From a virus (lineage: Duplodnaviria; Caudoviricetes), in IMG/VR virus record IMGVR_UViG_2671180879_000003, positions 3,799 through 67,798 of that record: a stretch of DNA of 64,000 nucleotides. One strand, 5' to 3'. The position numbers and the translations under genes were made by a program. A model generated the notes under the pieces. It had not been told where the DNA came from. It worked only from the letters and a program-made list of their open reading frames with translations, and made no database searches. The stretch's first letter is position 1. Each line of letters opens with the position of its first letter. Below are positions 32,414 to 42,838 of the stretch, one piece after another.

Positions 32414-33203
32414 TGTATCACAAGGTCATAAACAATATTTAAAATCGCTAAAAAAAGAAAAGAATCTAATCTTTTTTTATCAAATATTTATATTGGTTGG
32501 ATTTATAGCTCTTTGGGAATTACTTGCTAGACTTAATATAATAGATGTATTTCTATTTAGCAAACCTAGTGATATTTACAATCTTTTTATAAAATATATT
32601 CAAAATGGAGAATTATTTAAGCATATATTAATATCTAGCTATGAGACAATAGTTGGATTAGCAGTTGGTACAATTCTTGGAATATTAGTAGCTATAATGC
32701 TTTGGTGGTCAGAAAGATTGTCTAAAATACTTGATCCATTTTTGGTTGTACTAAATGCACTTCCTAAAACAGCATTAGCACCAATTTTAATAGTTTGGGC
32801 TGGAGCTGGTGTAAATGGAATAATAGTTATAGCTATTACTATATCTGTTGTTGTTACTATATTATCCGCCTATAATTATTTTATAAGTGTTGATGAGGAA
32901 AAAGTCAAAATGCTTAAAAGTTTTGGAGCATCAAAACTTCAAATTCTTACAAAATTAATATTTCCTTCTAACATAGGAAATTTAATAAATTTAACTAAAA
33001 TTAATATAGGTATGGCTTGGGTTGGCGTAATAGTAGGTGAATTCTTAGTATCTAGATATGGTCTTGGGTACTTAATAGTTTATGGTGGCCAAGTTTTCAA
33101 ATTAGATTTAGTAATGATGGGAGTAATAGTGTTAGCCCTTTGTGCTTTAATTATGTATCAAGTTTTAAATATAGCAGAAAAAATTTATAAAAGTAAAAGA
33201 TAA
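32400..33203 (+). CDS. ytlD: NitT/TauT ABC transporter permease
   Basis: LNALPKTALAP, GMAWVGVIVGEFL; GTG at 32400 with AAGGAG RBS. Confidence 0.9.
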   Translation: MKQNNVSQGHKQYLKSLKKEKNLIFFYQIFILVGFIALWELLARLNIIDVFLFSKPSDIYNLFIKYIQNGELFKHILISSYETIVGLAVGTILGILVAIMLWWSERLSKILDPFLVVLNALPKTALAPILIVWAGAGVNGIIVIAITISVVVTILSAYNYFISVDEEKVKMLKSFGASKLQILTKLIFPSNIGNLINLTKINIGMAWVGVIVGEFLVSRYGLGYLIVYGGQVFKLDLVMMGVIVLALCALIMYQVLNIAEKIYKSKR

Positions 33204-33220
33204 AATTTAATATAAAAACA

Positions 33221-33271
33221 AAATAACTGAGTTCAAGTTTGTTATAAACAGGCTTGAGCTCAGTTATTTTT
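33221..33271. terminator. Bidirectional terminator between convergent genes
   Basis: aaataactgagttcaagtttgtt...aacaggcttgagctcagttattt. Confidence 0.8.
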
Positions 33272-34083
33272 TATATATTACAATATCCTATTATTTCATA
33301 ATCTGTTGGTACGTCATAATTTCTATTGCCGTTTTCTAGAGTCCATTTTAAATCAAACATAGTTGTATCAATTATTAATGAAAAGTATAGCATAACTATC
33401 CCTACATCAACTTTACCTTCATACTCACTTGCAAATTCATCTTTTCTCACTGCAAGAATCACTTTGCCTCCATCAATTATAAATCTCCAAGGTTGTCTAT
33501 TTAATGTAGATGGTGCCATTCTAGCAAAACTAAATGCATCTAATAATCCTCTTTCTTCTAATAATTCTATGGTTGCATTTTCTCCCCATTTATCTAGATA
33601 AACGATCTTTTCTACACCTAATCTAGATGAATCACCAGTAGCTGATTTAGTTTTTACAGTATCTCCATAACCTAGTGCAATAATTGCTGTAACTTCCTTA
33701 TCTGATAAAATTTCAAGCTTTTCTTTTATAAGCGAACTCTCTTTAAAGGTAACCCAACATGAGTCGATTCCTAAGTCCATGGCCTTTAGAGTTAAGTTTT
33801 CTCCTATATATCCTGAATTTTCTATGTATCCTTTATCTGTATCAGATAAAATGATTACATAGTTTGGTGCTTCTATCATATGTCCATTATATCCTGCTAT
33901 TTTATCAAGTTTTGGATATAATTTATCTTTATTAAAAACTTTAACTTCAGTACTTATTTCTGGTACAAGTTTTTTAGACATATTTATATATTCTTCTATT
34001 ATTCTGAAATCTGATTTTTTTATTTCTTGATTTTTAAATTTCCTTACTGACCTTTTATTGGATATAAGATATTTGTAATTCAT
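33271..34083 (-). CDS. Nitroreductase family protein (host)
   Basis: KRSVRKF, GIDSCWV, APSTLNRQPWRF. Confidence 0.9.
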   Translation of the reverse strand: MNYKYLISNKRSVRKFKNQEIKKSDFRIIEEYINMSKKLVPEISTEVKVFNKDKLYPKLDKIAGYNGHMIEAPNYVIILSDTDKGYIENSGYIGENLTLKAMDLGIDSCWVTFKESSLIKEKLEILSDKEVTAIIALGYGDTVKTKSATGDSSRLGVEKIVYLDKWGENATIELLEERGLLDAFSFARMAPSTLNRQPWRFIIDGGKVILAVRKDEFASEYEGKVDVGIVMLYFSLIIDTTMFDLKWTLENGNRNYDVPTDYEIIGYCNI

Positions 34084-34204
34084 AATTTCCCCTCCCTAAA
34101 GTTATATTAAATTTTATTTTATATTTTTTATACCCAAAATCAACACAAAGCAAACATTTTCCCGACAACTATAGTATTTTTACAAATATCTAAAATGGTT
34201 TTAT

Positions 34205-34233
34205 CACCAATCAATTTATTTTTTAATAATATA
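34205..34233 (+). promoter_or_regulatory. SigK-like promoter of ytlA
   Basis: CACC-N16-AATAATATA versus consensus mACm-N16-CATAnnnTA. Confidence 0.5.
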
Positions 34234-34254
34234 CATTATCTTTAATTTTAAGGG

Positions 34255-34812
34255 GTGATTTTTTTGCTAAAAAAATTAATAACATTAATAACTTTAATTA
34301 CTAGCCTATCTTTGCTTCTCATTGGATGTACTCCTAAATCTCAAAGTATTAAATCTAAAAATTTAAATAAGCTAACTGTTGCAGAGGTAACCCATTCAGT
34401 ATTTTATGCTCCACAATATGCAGCTATAACTCAAGGTTTTTTTGAGGAAGAGGGCATTGAGTTAGACCTTATAAATACTCAGGGAGCAGATAAAACAATG
34501 GCTGCACTTCTTTCTGGAGAAGCAGATATAGGACTTATGGGACCAGAAGCATCTATTTATGTATATAATAAAGGAAATTCAAATTATGCAGTAAATTTTG
34601 CTCAATTAACTCAAAAAGATGGAAGCTTTTTAGTTGCTCGTGAAAATACTGATAGTTTTTCTTTTGAGGATTTAAAAGGTAAAGAGGTTTTAGGTGGTAG
34701 AAAAGGTGGGGTTCCTGAAATGACATTAGAGTATGTTATGAAAAAAAATGGTCTAACTATAGGAACTGATACTCAAAACGGTAAAGTAAACGTTAGAACC
34801 GATATTCAATAA
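34255..34812 (+). pseudogene. ytlA: 5' fragment of NitT/TauT substrate-binding lipoprotein split by element 2
   Basis: Lipobox LIGC, AEVTHSVFYAPQY, NFAQLTQKDGSFL; stops abruptly at VRTDIQ (185 aa, about half length) beside phage DNA. Confidence 0.88.
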
Positions 34813-34867
34813 TCAGTTTTATTATAACAGTTAATTTTTAGAATAGTATTTTAGAAATATTAAGATA

Positions 34868-34934
34868 AAATTTTCATTAATACTATAAAAAACAGAAATA
34901 AGATAAAGTTTTAGGGTATCTTATTTCTGTTTTT
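34868..34934 (-). terminator. Long inverted repeat/terminator after endolysin
   Basis: aaaaacagaaataagata...tatcttatttctgttttt at about 34887-34934. Confidence 0.65.
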
Positions 34935-35003
34935 ATCATGAAAATTAGTATCTAATCAAAATTTAATTTAAAACAATATTTTATAGTAAAATTTTTACTA
35001 AGT

Positions 35004-35780
35004 TTATACTAATTCAAGATACTTAGAGCTAACATATCCTAGACCCTTATTACCGTTAAACCCTTCTATACTTACCCATCCATTTAAACAATACTGTAAA
35101 TTCACTATATCTCCATATTTAACTTGTCCTATTACCTCATACTCTGTACCTCTATCCCATCTAACATTTAAAACATCTGCAATTACTCTAGCTTTTCTTC
35201 CTGAGTAATCTCCATTTGTAAATCCTTCGTCTACAATTCCAGTTTCTTTCCATTCAACTGAATTAAATTTACAAATTCCTTTTGCTATAGCTTTAGCAAA
35301 TTTATCTTTATTGTTCATTATTAAATTATAGTCTTCCTCATTAGTTATGAATCCTAACTCAACTAAACAAGCATCCATCTTAGTCTCTCTAACTACGTGT
35401 AGGTTACCTTCCTTTACACCTCTATTTTTAGTGTAAAGACCTTCTTGTATTAACTCTGAGTGTATAATGTCTGCTAAAGCTCTATATGCAAATTTATAGC
35501 AATAAGTTTCTACCCCTTGAGCACTTGGATTGTCAGAGCTGTTACAGTGTATTGATACAAATGAGTTTACCCCTAATTTATTAGCTTCATTAGTTCTATC
35601 ATTTAACGTCACAAATACATCTGTAGTTCGAGTATTTAAATTTTCTATATTTTGATTTTTTAAGTACTTAGCTACTCTATTAGATACATCTAATACTATA
35701 TCCTTTTCTAAGCATCCATGTACTCCTGGTGCTCCAGAATCATATCCTCCATGTCCTGGATCTGTCATATTTTTTTTCAT
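35004..35780 (-). CDS. Endolysin, Amidase_3 plus SH3b
   Basis: DPGHGG, SIHCN, LVELGFITN; close paralogue of 1323..2105. Confidence 0.93.
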   Translation of the reverse strand: MKKNMTDPGHGGYDSGAPGVHGCLEKDIVLDVSNRVAKYLKNQNIENLNTRTTDVFVTLNDRTNEANKLGVNSFVSIHCNSSDNPSAQGVETYCYKFAYRALADIIHSELIQEGLYTKNRGVKEGNLHVVRETKMDACLVELGFITNEEDYNLIMNNKDKFAKAIAKGICKFNSVEWKETGIVDEGFTNGDYSGRKARVIADVLNVRWDRGTEYEVIGQVKYGDIVNLQYCLNGWVSIEGFNGNKGLGYVSSKYLELV

Positions 35781-35886
35781 AATTAATTCCTCCTAATTAT
35801 TTTTTTATTGTATATATTTTAAAAGATAACAAAAAAAGAACTGTCGCCAGTCCTATTTATTACCTTTTCAATAAGCATTTAATTTA

Positions 35887-36147
35887 TTATTTATTTACAG
35901 TTTGTTTTACAAGTTGATTTGTGGCGATAGCTCCAAAACTACATATTATGCCTTGTAAAATACTTGTAGCATTAAATCCCATTATAGGTATACTAAAACT
36001 AATACCTAGAACTAGTAAAATCCACGGTATACTCCAATCTTTTATCTTAGGTGTTCTCTTTAAAAATATACCTATAACATAAAGGGCAGCTACTAATATT
36101 AATAACTGTTCCGGTACAAAATTAATTATTGTTTCCAATCTTTTCAA
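35887..36147 (-). CDS. Holin
   Basis: Three TMs, IKDWSIPWILLVLG...ILQGII...NQLVKQ. Confidence 0.85.
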   Translation of the reverse strand: MKRLETIINFVPEQLLILVAALYVIGIFLKRTPKIKDWSIPWILLVLGISFSIPIMGFNATSILQGIICSFGAIATNQLVKQTVNK

Positions 36148-36418
36148 CTCCTTGTATATTGTCGATTCTATGATGAGCTGACTTTGTACTTTCTTCTACC
36201 TTTATAAGTCTTTCTATAACGCCACTTATCTTGGTATCTTGAGCTTTTATATCCAGCCTTATATCATCAACTCCTTTCGATATATAATCCAACTTTGTAG
36301 CAACTACTGTTTTCTGAGATGCATCATCCTCTATATCATGTTCATTCTTTTTCTGATAACTCATATAACCAATTATTGCACCTATAATTGTACATATCAC
36401 CGTAACCTCTATATTCAT
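36122..36418 (-). CDS. Lysis-module membrane/coiled-coil protein (XhlA-like)
   Basis: Near-identical to 2482..2781. Confidence 0.7.
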   Translation of the reverse strand: MNIEVTVICTIIGAIIGYMSYQKKNEHDIEDDASQKTVVATKLDYISKGVDDIRLDIKAQDTKISGVIERLIKVEESTKSAHHRIDNIQGVEKIGNNN

Positions 36419-36486
36419 GTAACCTCCTAAAAAATTGCATAAAAATAGAACTACTATTTATAGTCCTTTCTACATTTACACTTTAT

Positions 36487-36663
36487 TTACAATTGTTTTT
36501 CTACTTTTAAAGAATCAATTTCTTTATTGTAATCTTCATTTGTTATTTCTTTAAACTGTCCCTTAGTTATTCTTTCAGCTTCAACAAAAACTCTCATGTT
36601 TTCATTTGAGTAATATCCTAATCTATAATATCTTTTTATAGCATCATACCAAAAGTTCGTCAT
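36487..36663 (-). CDS. XkdX-family small protein
   Basis: MTNFWYDAIKRYYRLGYY...ITKGQFKEITNEDY (manual translation). Confidence 0.75.
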   Translation of the reverse strand: MTNFWYDAIKRYYRLGYYSNENMRVFVEAERITKGQFKEITNEDYNKEIDSLKVEKQL

Positions 36664-37103
36664 TATTTAATACCTCCTATTGAAATTTGTAATAAAATAT
36701 TTGATACATCATTTTCTAAGTTTTTAATTTTTAAGTCCTTCTCTGAACTTTCTAATAATACCTGAGATTGTTGTATATTAAGTTTTTTAATTAACATATC
36801 TTTACTAGCTAAATCCAGCATTAATTGAGAGTTCTGTTGTTCTAGTTCCTCAATTTTAGTAGGTTTGGGATCTTTACGTTCAAAAGGAATTATTTCTATT
36901 ATATTCTTATCTTCTAGTGTATACATTTCCTTTACTTCAAAGTTTTCTATTATTTTAAAATCCTCTGTTAAGTTTTGAATATATTTCCATAAATCTTTAT
37001 TTATTTCTATATTAGGGGAAGGAATATTTTTACCATGAATATCATCTGTAAAAAACCCCTTGAATTTTAAATTTTCTTTGTCATAACTCATGTAAATTTT
37101 CAT
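36663..37103 (-). CDS. Tail fibre assembly/chaperone-like protein
   Basis: GFFTDDIHGKNIP motif, follows fibre. Confidence 0.65.
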   Translation of the reverse strand: MKIYMSYDKENLKFKGFFTDDIHGKNIPSPNIEINKDLWKYIQNLTEDFKIIENFEVKEMYTLEDKNIIEIIPFERKDPKPTKIEELEQQNSQLMLDLASKDMLIKKLNIQQSQVLLESSEKDLKIKNLENDVSNILLQISIGGIK

Positions 37104-39134
37104 TTAATACCTCCCTATTGCCATCCAGTTTACTCTTACTTTTTTTCCTCCACCTGGAGCTCTACCATTTAGCGTAAAGACTTGTGTAAATGCTCTAGTT
37201 GGATTTTCTTGTATAACAGATGCATTTACTTCTGCATAACCTCCAAAATCATTAGCAGCAACATTACCTGTACACATATAATCAGATGCAAAGCTTACTG
37301 GAAAATATACTAAAGAACTGGCATTGTTAAAACCTTCTGCAATAGTTACTATGACATGACCCCATTGTATTAACATATTATTTGGAAGTTTCATATAATA
37401 CTTTCCGTCTACTGTGCCAGTGATAAAATCATTATTAGATATTATCCTATTCCAAGGAAGCCATTCATTTTTATAGTTAAGATATCTTACATATGTTTGA
37501 CCATTAAAGTTTGTACATCTTTGTAGATATTCATTTTTTTTCTTGAATACTTCTAAAACACCATAAATACCTCCGTTAACTGGGCCATTCGGAATAGCAT
37601 TATCACTACCAACAGAATAAATTCCCTCTGTTAAACATTTATTAAAATCTGAAACAAAACCATTTGATTTTTTTAAATAGGAATCATCATGGTTATGTGT
37701 AGCAGGTGTAAATGTACTAGGTTTAGCTTCTATATCATTCCAACTAGGTTTATTAGTCGATGTATAAACTTTAACCCATTCTCTAAAACCAGTATTTACT
37801 CCACCTTCTGCATAAAATCTTACGTAACTTGCCCCACTACTTGTTATAACTCTTTGTACTTTATCGGATCCTCTAGGTAAAACTTCTAGCGTGCCATAGA
37901 TATTACCCTTGAATGGTGCGTTCGGAATATCTTTACCACTTATATTATAAGTCCCTATATTTTTACACTGATTAAAGTCTGTAACCGTTCCTCTATCTAT
38001 TCTAGCGTATAATGTATCATGATTATGTGTGGATGGTGAGAAAGTACTAGGTTTATTTATTACTTCATCCCATGTTGGTTTATCTGATGTAGAATATACT
38101 CTAGTCCAATTAGTCCAAGTTTTGTCATAACCTTGATATCTAGTAAATATACGACCTGTTGAAGTAACCAGTAATTGTGATAGTTCATCATCCCTAGGTT
38201 GAACTAAAAGAGTTCCATAAATACCAGAAGATATTGGACTGTTTGGAATTGCAGTGCCACTGCTAACAATGTATATTCCTGGACTTGTACATATATTAAA
38301 ATCCGTAACACGACCTACACGTTTATTTAAATATCTATCATCTGGTGGATTGGCACTATTATAGTTTTTAACCCAAGATGTCCATATATTAGAATCAAAG
38401 TATCTTGTGAATATCATTCCAGAACTTAACGTAATTCTTTGAATTAAAAATGCATCTCCTCTAGGTAAAACTTCTAGAGTTCCATATATAGAATCTATTA
38501 TCGGTGCATTTGTTATATTTGAGCCACTAATCGTATATACACCGGGATCTTTACATGTATTAAAATCAGATACACGACCTTTATTTAATTGTAAATATCT
38601 ATCATCATGGTTATGTATAGCAGGTGTAAATGTACTAGGTTTAGCTTCTATATCATTCCAACTAGGTTTATTTGCTTCATCATAGTTTTTATACCAGTTA
38701 CCCCATTCTCCAGAAATAAGATTTCTAGTATACTTTCTAATTTTATTTTGAGGATATATTTGTACCCATTCCTGTTGTATTCTTTCGCTTGAATAGCCTT
38801 TATTTGTAACAATAAATATTTTAGAAGATCCTTTTGTTAAAGTTCCTTCTGGTGTATTTTTAAAGTCTCCCGTTGAAGTATCAAATGAGAAAAAAGCATT
38901 TAGGGTTTTAAATGAATTACAATCTCTATCTGTTGGCCATGGTACTTTTAATAATACGTCTTCCTTTTCTAATTTAGAATCAATTTTTTTATTTTGCTCT
39001 TTTAAAGTTTTATCATATTCAGTTTTAAAATCATCATGTTTTTTATTATTTTCTTTTATATTTTCTTCAATTCTATTAAAATCTTCTGGCATTACTGTTT
39101 CTGTAAGCTTCCAATTTGTTTTATAAGCACCCAT
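37104..39134 (-). CDS. Tail fibre with about five knob-like repeat modules and gp53-like C-terminus
   Basis: Repeats DFN.C..PG.Y...NAP....YGTLEV; KLPNNMLIQWG...WMAIGR. Confidence 0.88.
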   Translation of the reverse strand: MGAYKTNWKLTETVMPEDFNRIEENIKENNKKHDDFKTEYDKTLKEQNKKIDSKLEKEDVLLKVPWPTDRDCNSFKTLNAFFSFDTSTGDFKNTPEGTLTKGSSKIFIVTNKGYSSERIQQEWVQIYPQNKIRKYTRNLISGEWGNWYKNYDEANKPSWNDIEAKPSTFTPAIHNHDDRYLQLNKGRVSDFNTCKDPGVYTISGSNITNAPIIDSIYGTLEVLPRGDAFLIQRITLSSGMIFTRYFDSNIWTSWVKNYNSANPPDDRYLNKRVGRVTDFNICTSPGIYIVSSGTAIPNSPISSGIYGTLLVQPRDDELSQLLVTSTGRIFTRYQGYDKTWTNWTRVYSTSDKPTWDEVINKPSTFSPSTHNHDTLYARIDRGTVTDFNQCKNIGTYNISGKDIPNAPFKGNIYGTLEVLPRGSDKVQRVITSSGASYVRFYAEGGVNTGFREWVKVYTSTNKPSWNDIEAKPSTFTPATHNHDDSYLKKSNGFVSDFNKCLTEGIYSVGSDNAIPNGPVNGGIYGVLEVFKKKNEYLQRCTNFNGQTYVRYLNYKNEWLPWNRIISNNDFITGTVDGKYYMKLPNNMLIQWGHVIVTIAEGFNNASSLVYFPVSFASDYMCTGNVAANDFGGYAEVNASVIQENPTRAFTQVFTLNGRAPGGGKKVRVNWMAIGRY

Positions 39135-40018
39135 TAATTAACCCCTTCCTCGATATTTATTACGTGTTTAAGTTCTATATCTTCTATTATTGGAACGTAT
39201 AGATCTATAGAAGTTAGTAATTTATTATCAGATGTATAAACATCAACTTTTGTTATTTCATCTAGGCCAAAACTATGCAAAACTGCATATTCTAAAGTTA
39301 ATTTTTCATTTACAATATCTTTTGTTATAAATTCATTTATAACTTTTACATTGTTTAACTTTACATAACCAATTTTACTTAATGCAAAGCCTTTTAGCTC
39401 ATCTAAAAAATACTTTTGTATAGAGTTATTTTGTTTCAACTTTATAGCTCCTTTCTCATGTAGAGATTTAAACGGCAAAGTTCCCAACCTCCAGGTTGAA
39501 CCTAATCTATAGTTATACTCCCTTTGTGCTAGCATTAATTCTTCATTTGCTAGTATTTTTTCATCAATAAAGGGTTTATTTATAAATACAATATTAGCTG
39601 GTTTCATTTTATTTATTGTTATGTAAGTTTCATTAAACCAGGTTTGATTTAATATTTTTGACTCAATATAAAGAGTAAATTTACCAGGATCAACAAAAAT
39701 ATTATAGTTTCCTTTACCTATTAACTCATCTAATTTCTGTTTTAAAGCTCTTAAAGTGAAAGGCATATTCATAGCTAATCTATTTAATATCCTCTGTCTT
39801 CTAAAACTTAGTTCCTTATTGTCTCCATCATTTATTCGTAATAGAATTTCATATTTTTTTATAGTTTCTTTATCTGCAGTTATAACATATTCATTTTTTA
39901 TAGCTTTTTCAAATTCAGTATTTAGATTTTCAAATAAATCATTTTCAATTTTAACTAATGTATCTATTTCGAGTATGTTATTATATAAAGTTGGAAAATA
40001 GTTTTTTATATTTATCAT
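39134..40018 (-). CDS. Baseplate protein (XkdU/DUF2313-like)
   Basis: LSFRRQRIL...KMKPANI; follows baseplate J. Confidence 0.75.
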   Translation of the reverse strand: MINIKNYFPTLYNNILEIDTLVKIENDLFENLNTEFEKAIKNEYVITADKETIKKYEILLRINDGDNKELSFRRQRILNRLAMNMPFTLRALKQKLDELIGKGNYNIFVDPGKFTLYIESKILNQTWFNETYITINKMKPANIVFINKPFIDEKILANEELMLAQREYNYRLGSTWRLGTLPFKSLHEKGAIKLKQNNSIQKYFLDELKGFALSKIGYVKLNNVKVINEFITKDIVNEKLTLEYAVLHSFGLDEITKVDVYTSDNKLLTSIDLYVPIIEDIELKHVINIEEGVN

Positions 40019-41166
40019 AATAAATTAACTTCTTTCAATTGAGGTATTTGTTGTAATTCTCCAGTTTGAATTAGGTTTAAATCATTTGATTGACCATTTA
40101 TCTTTATATCTGTTACATTGGCTACTCCAACAACCTTTAAAATAGACATAGTTATTTGAGATATATAAATAGATAACTCATATCTATTCATATCATCTGC
40201 AATCCCCCAGTTTTTTCTTAAACTTTTAAGATACTCATTTATAGACTTTTTAATTGTTTCTTTAACTTGATCTATTACATAGCCTGTAATTAAATGTATT
40301 TTAGCTTCTACAGTGACTTCTACTATTTGAGGAGTTGTTATTGTTACTACATGTCCAATAGGCGCTAATCCTAATCCTATCCCTTCCTTTTCTGCAGGGT
40401 CTATTATATTTTTAACTTTCTGTATTAAATCACTTGAAACTGCATTAAATTCAGTATCAACAATACTACATTTAACAGTTCCTCCACCTTTCCATGTTGG
40501 ATATATTTGAACTTCTCCAATCCCATCAATCTTACGTATTTCCTCATCATATTGAGCTATATTTCCGCCAAATGGTCTTTGATTGACTTCTAATATAAAT
40601 CTATTCTTCAACTCTTCATCCGTTTCTTCGTCCCTTGCAGGTACTAAAAGAGTAGTTAATTTGCATGATTTAAGATTATTTATATGAGTGATAGGTAGTA
40701 AATCGCCTATATATCCGTTTCCTAAGGTTCCAATCGTCTCACATTGTAAAATATATTCACCTGGAACAATTTGATTTTTTTCATTTTTAAATACATCAAT
40801 AACCTTGTATGTTAAAGGTATTTCTTCATTAATAGCAGAAAATCTGCTTCCTACTTGAACGGTGGCAGGTGTTCCGTCTTGAAATACACATATAGCTTTT
40901 TTCTTAGCATATGTGGCTTTATATCTACTTAGACCCTGTTCTATTACCTTATTGTCTAAATATTCCCCATAACTGGTTGTAACAAAGGAATTTAATAAAA
41001 CTTGTCTTAATTCCATATACATTTCTGCTAATTGATAACATGCTGGAGCTAATGCATCATAAATTACAGATCCTTGACGTTTATCAATATCTTCTGGAAC
41101 TATCTCTAAAGCTTTATTTATAAGATTCTCAAAGGTATATTTTTCTAAATATTGTCCTAAACTCAT
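40015..41166 (-). CDS. Baseplate J-like protein (XkdT)
   Basis: DKRQGSVIYDALAP, DEETDEELK, PTWKGGGTVK. Confidence 0.9.
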   Translation of the reverse strand: MSLGQYLEKYTFENLINKALEIVPEDIDKRQGSVIYDALAPACYQLAEMYMELRQVLLNSFVTTSYGEYLDNKVIEQGLSRYKATYAKKKAICVFQDGTPATVQVGSRFSAINEEIPLTYKVIDVFKNEKNQIVPGEYILQCETIGTLGNGYIGDLLPITHINNLKSCKLTTLLVPARDEETDEELKNRFILEVNQRPFGGNIAQYDEEIRKIDGIGEVQIYPTWKGGGTVKCSIVDTEFNAVSSDLIQKVKNIIDPAEKEGIGLGLAPIGHVVTITTPQIVEVTVEAKIHLITGYVIDQVKETIKKSINEYLKSLRKNWGIADDMNRYELSIYISQITMSILKVVGVANVTDIKINGQSNDLNLIQTGELQQIPQLKEVNLL

Positions 41167-41564
41167 ATAGTCACCGCACTTTCAAAATGTATATTCCCAA
41201 AAATAGAATTTACTTTAAATTCTATTTCTAATATATCTTTATTTTCATTAATAATTTTAAAGTTTTCTATCCCTAGAATTCGTTCATCAATTAAAAGTGC
41301 TTCTTTTATTGATCTTTCTATATCTGATTTAACAAATTCTTTAGGCTTTCCTATATATCCCATAAGTTCAACTCCATAATTATCATCATAAATTATGTTT
41401 TCAAATCTTTCAGTTTGTAATATTTTAAATACCGATTGTTTTACTGCATCTAATTCATCAATTTTAGTTATTATTCTTCTATTAAAATTATCAATTTTAT
41501 ATGTTTTACTACTTTGAAAATTATCTTCTATTTCACTAACAATAAATTTAAAATTTGGTATCAT
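41163..41564 (-). CDS. XkdS/DUF2634 baseplate protein
   Basis: LDAVKQ...LQTERF...YGVEL. Confidence 0.8.
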   Translation of the reverse strand: MIPNFKFIVSEIEDNFQSSKTYKIDNFNRRIITKIDELDAVKQSVFKILQTERFENIIYDDNYGVELMGYIGKPKEFVKSDIERSIKEALLIDERILGIENFKIINENKDILEIEFKVNSIFGNIHFESAVTI

Positions 41565-41863
41565 TTTTTCAATTCTCCTCTATCTAATACATAAAACTGT
41601 TGTCCATTTGAAACTCTTAATAGAAGCACTTTTTCCCCTATTTTTAGGTTTTCAAATAAAACTGACCCATTTTTATCTTTAAACTCTCTACAAAATGGAG
41701 ATAATACTAAAAAATCTTGATCAATCTTAAATCTATTTTCTACTAAAACAGTTAATGGCGATTCATTGGTTACTTCTCCTGGAACAAGGTCTGTTAACGT
41801 ATTTTCTGGAATAGCATGCCTTGCCCCTTGTTTAATTAATCTTACAAATTTTTCTCCTGCCAT
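41561..41863 (-). CDS. XkdR/DUF2577 protein
   Basis: LKIGEKVLLLR...GQQFYVLDR. Confidence 0.8.
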   Translation of the reverse strand: MAGEKFVRLIKQGARHAIPENTLTDLVPGEVTNESPLTVLVENRFKIDQDFLVLSPFCREFKDKNGSVLFENLKIGEKVLLLRVSNGQQFYVLDRGELKK

Positions 41864-42838
41864 TTATATCACCTCAACTTCTAAACTCATTGTATGCTCA
41901 TTATTTTTTATTTTATGTGAAACGTTTAAGACAATAGCATATTTGTTAAATGGAACATCATTTTTTAAATCCTCTATAACTAAAACAACACCACATCCTG
42001 CCTTTACTCTAAAGTCTCCCAAACATTCAATCTTTAGAGACTTTTTAGGCTTATTGTAGTGTTTTAATAACATCTCTGCTCTTTCTTTAATTTGAGCTTC
42101 ATTCATTTTTTCATCAACTTTATCGAAATATTGCAAAATACCCCATTTTTTGATATTTTGACTATCCTTAACAATATATACTTCTCTTTTTTTTGTTTCT
42201 TTATTTTCTTTAATAAGTTTTACTTGGTTGTATGTTTCATCATCTATACTTGACTCATAATCATAACTATTTAATAAGCTTTCATCTCCTATAGCTAAGT
42301 TAGTTTTCTCTTCCCATACATTTAGATGCTCTAAAGTTCCAAAGTTATCTCTAATAAAAAACCATTCACCTGTATCTATTAATGTCTTATCAAAGGCATA
42401 TTGAATAATATCGCCAAGATTTTTATTATCTTCAATTTTTGCAGGTAAAGTATGATTACTACTATGCTTTATTTTAAAATTTATATTATAATCCATACAG
42501 ATTTTACTAAAAATTTGACTACAAGTAAGGTTTTTAAACACATAAGTATCTTTATATTTTAAATATCTTAATTGATCATATGCAGTTATCTTTATTTCTT
42601 TCTTTTCGCTCTTTCCAAGTTTGAAAATAAATCCAAAAAATATTTTCTCATTATTAATTTTCAAGGATATCGGACTTCCTTCACTCATATAGTCTTCATT
42701 TAATACATCTTGCAAAGTAAAAGTAAGCTTTCCAGGATTATCTTGAATTTCTTGATTTAGCTCTATATCAGATATTAAATCTGATACATCGTATGCTTTT
42801 CCTGTATTAGTGTTTTGTACAATCATCTCTATATTCAT
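41864..42838 (-). CDS. XkdQ-like baseplate hub protein
   Basis: AYDQLRYLKYKDTYVF, SIDDETYNQVKL. Confidence 0.85.
   Translation of the reverse strand: MNIEMIVQNTNTGKAYDVSDLISDIELNQEIQDNPGKLTFTLQDVLNEDYMSEGSPISLKINNEKIFFGFIFKLGKSEKKEIKITAYDQLRYLKYKDTYVFKNLTCSQIFSKICMDYNINFKIKHSSNHTLPAKIEDNKNLGDIIQYAFDKTLIDTGEWFFIRDNFGTLEHLNVWEEKTNLAIGDESLLNSYDYESSIDDETYNQVKLIKENKETKKREVYIVKDSQNIKKWGILQYFDKVDEKMNEAQIKERAEMLLKHYNKPKKSLKIECLGDFRVKAGCGVVLVIEDLKNDVPFNKYAIVLNVSHKIKNNEHTMSLEVEVI

Noticed and set aside
37104-39134. Diversity-generating retroelement or shufflon at the tail fibre
   Set aside because: No reverse transcriptase, template repeat, invertase or inverted cassettes seen
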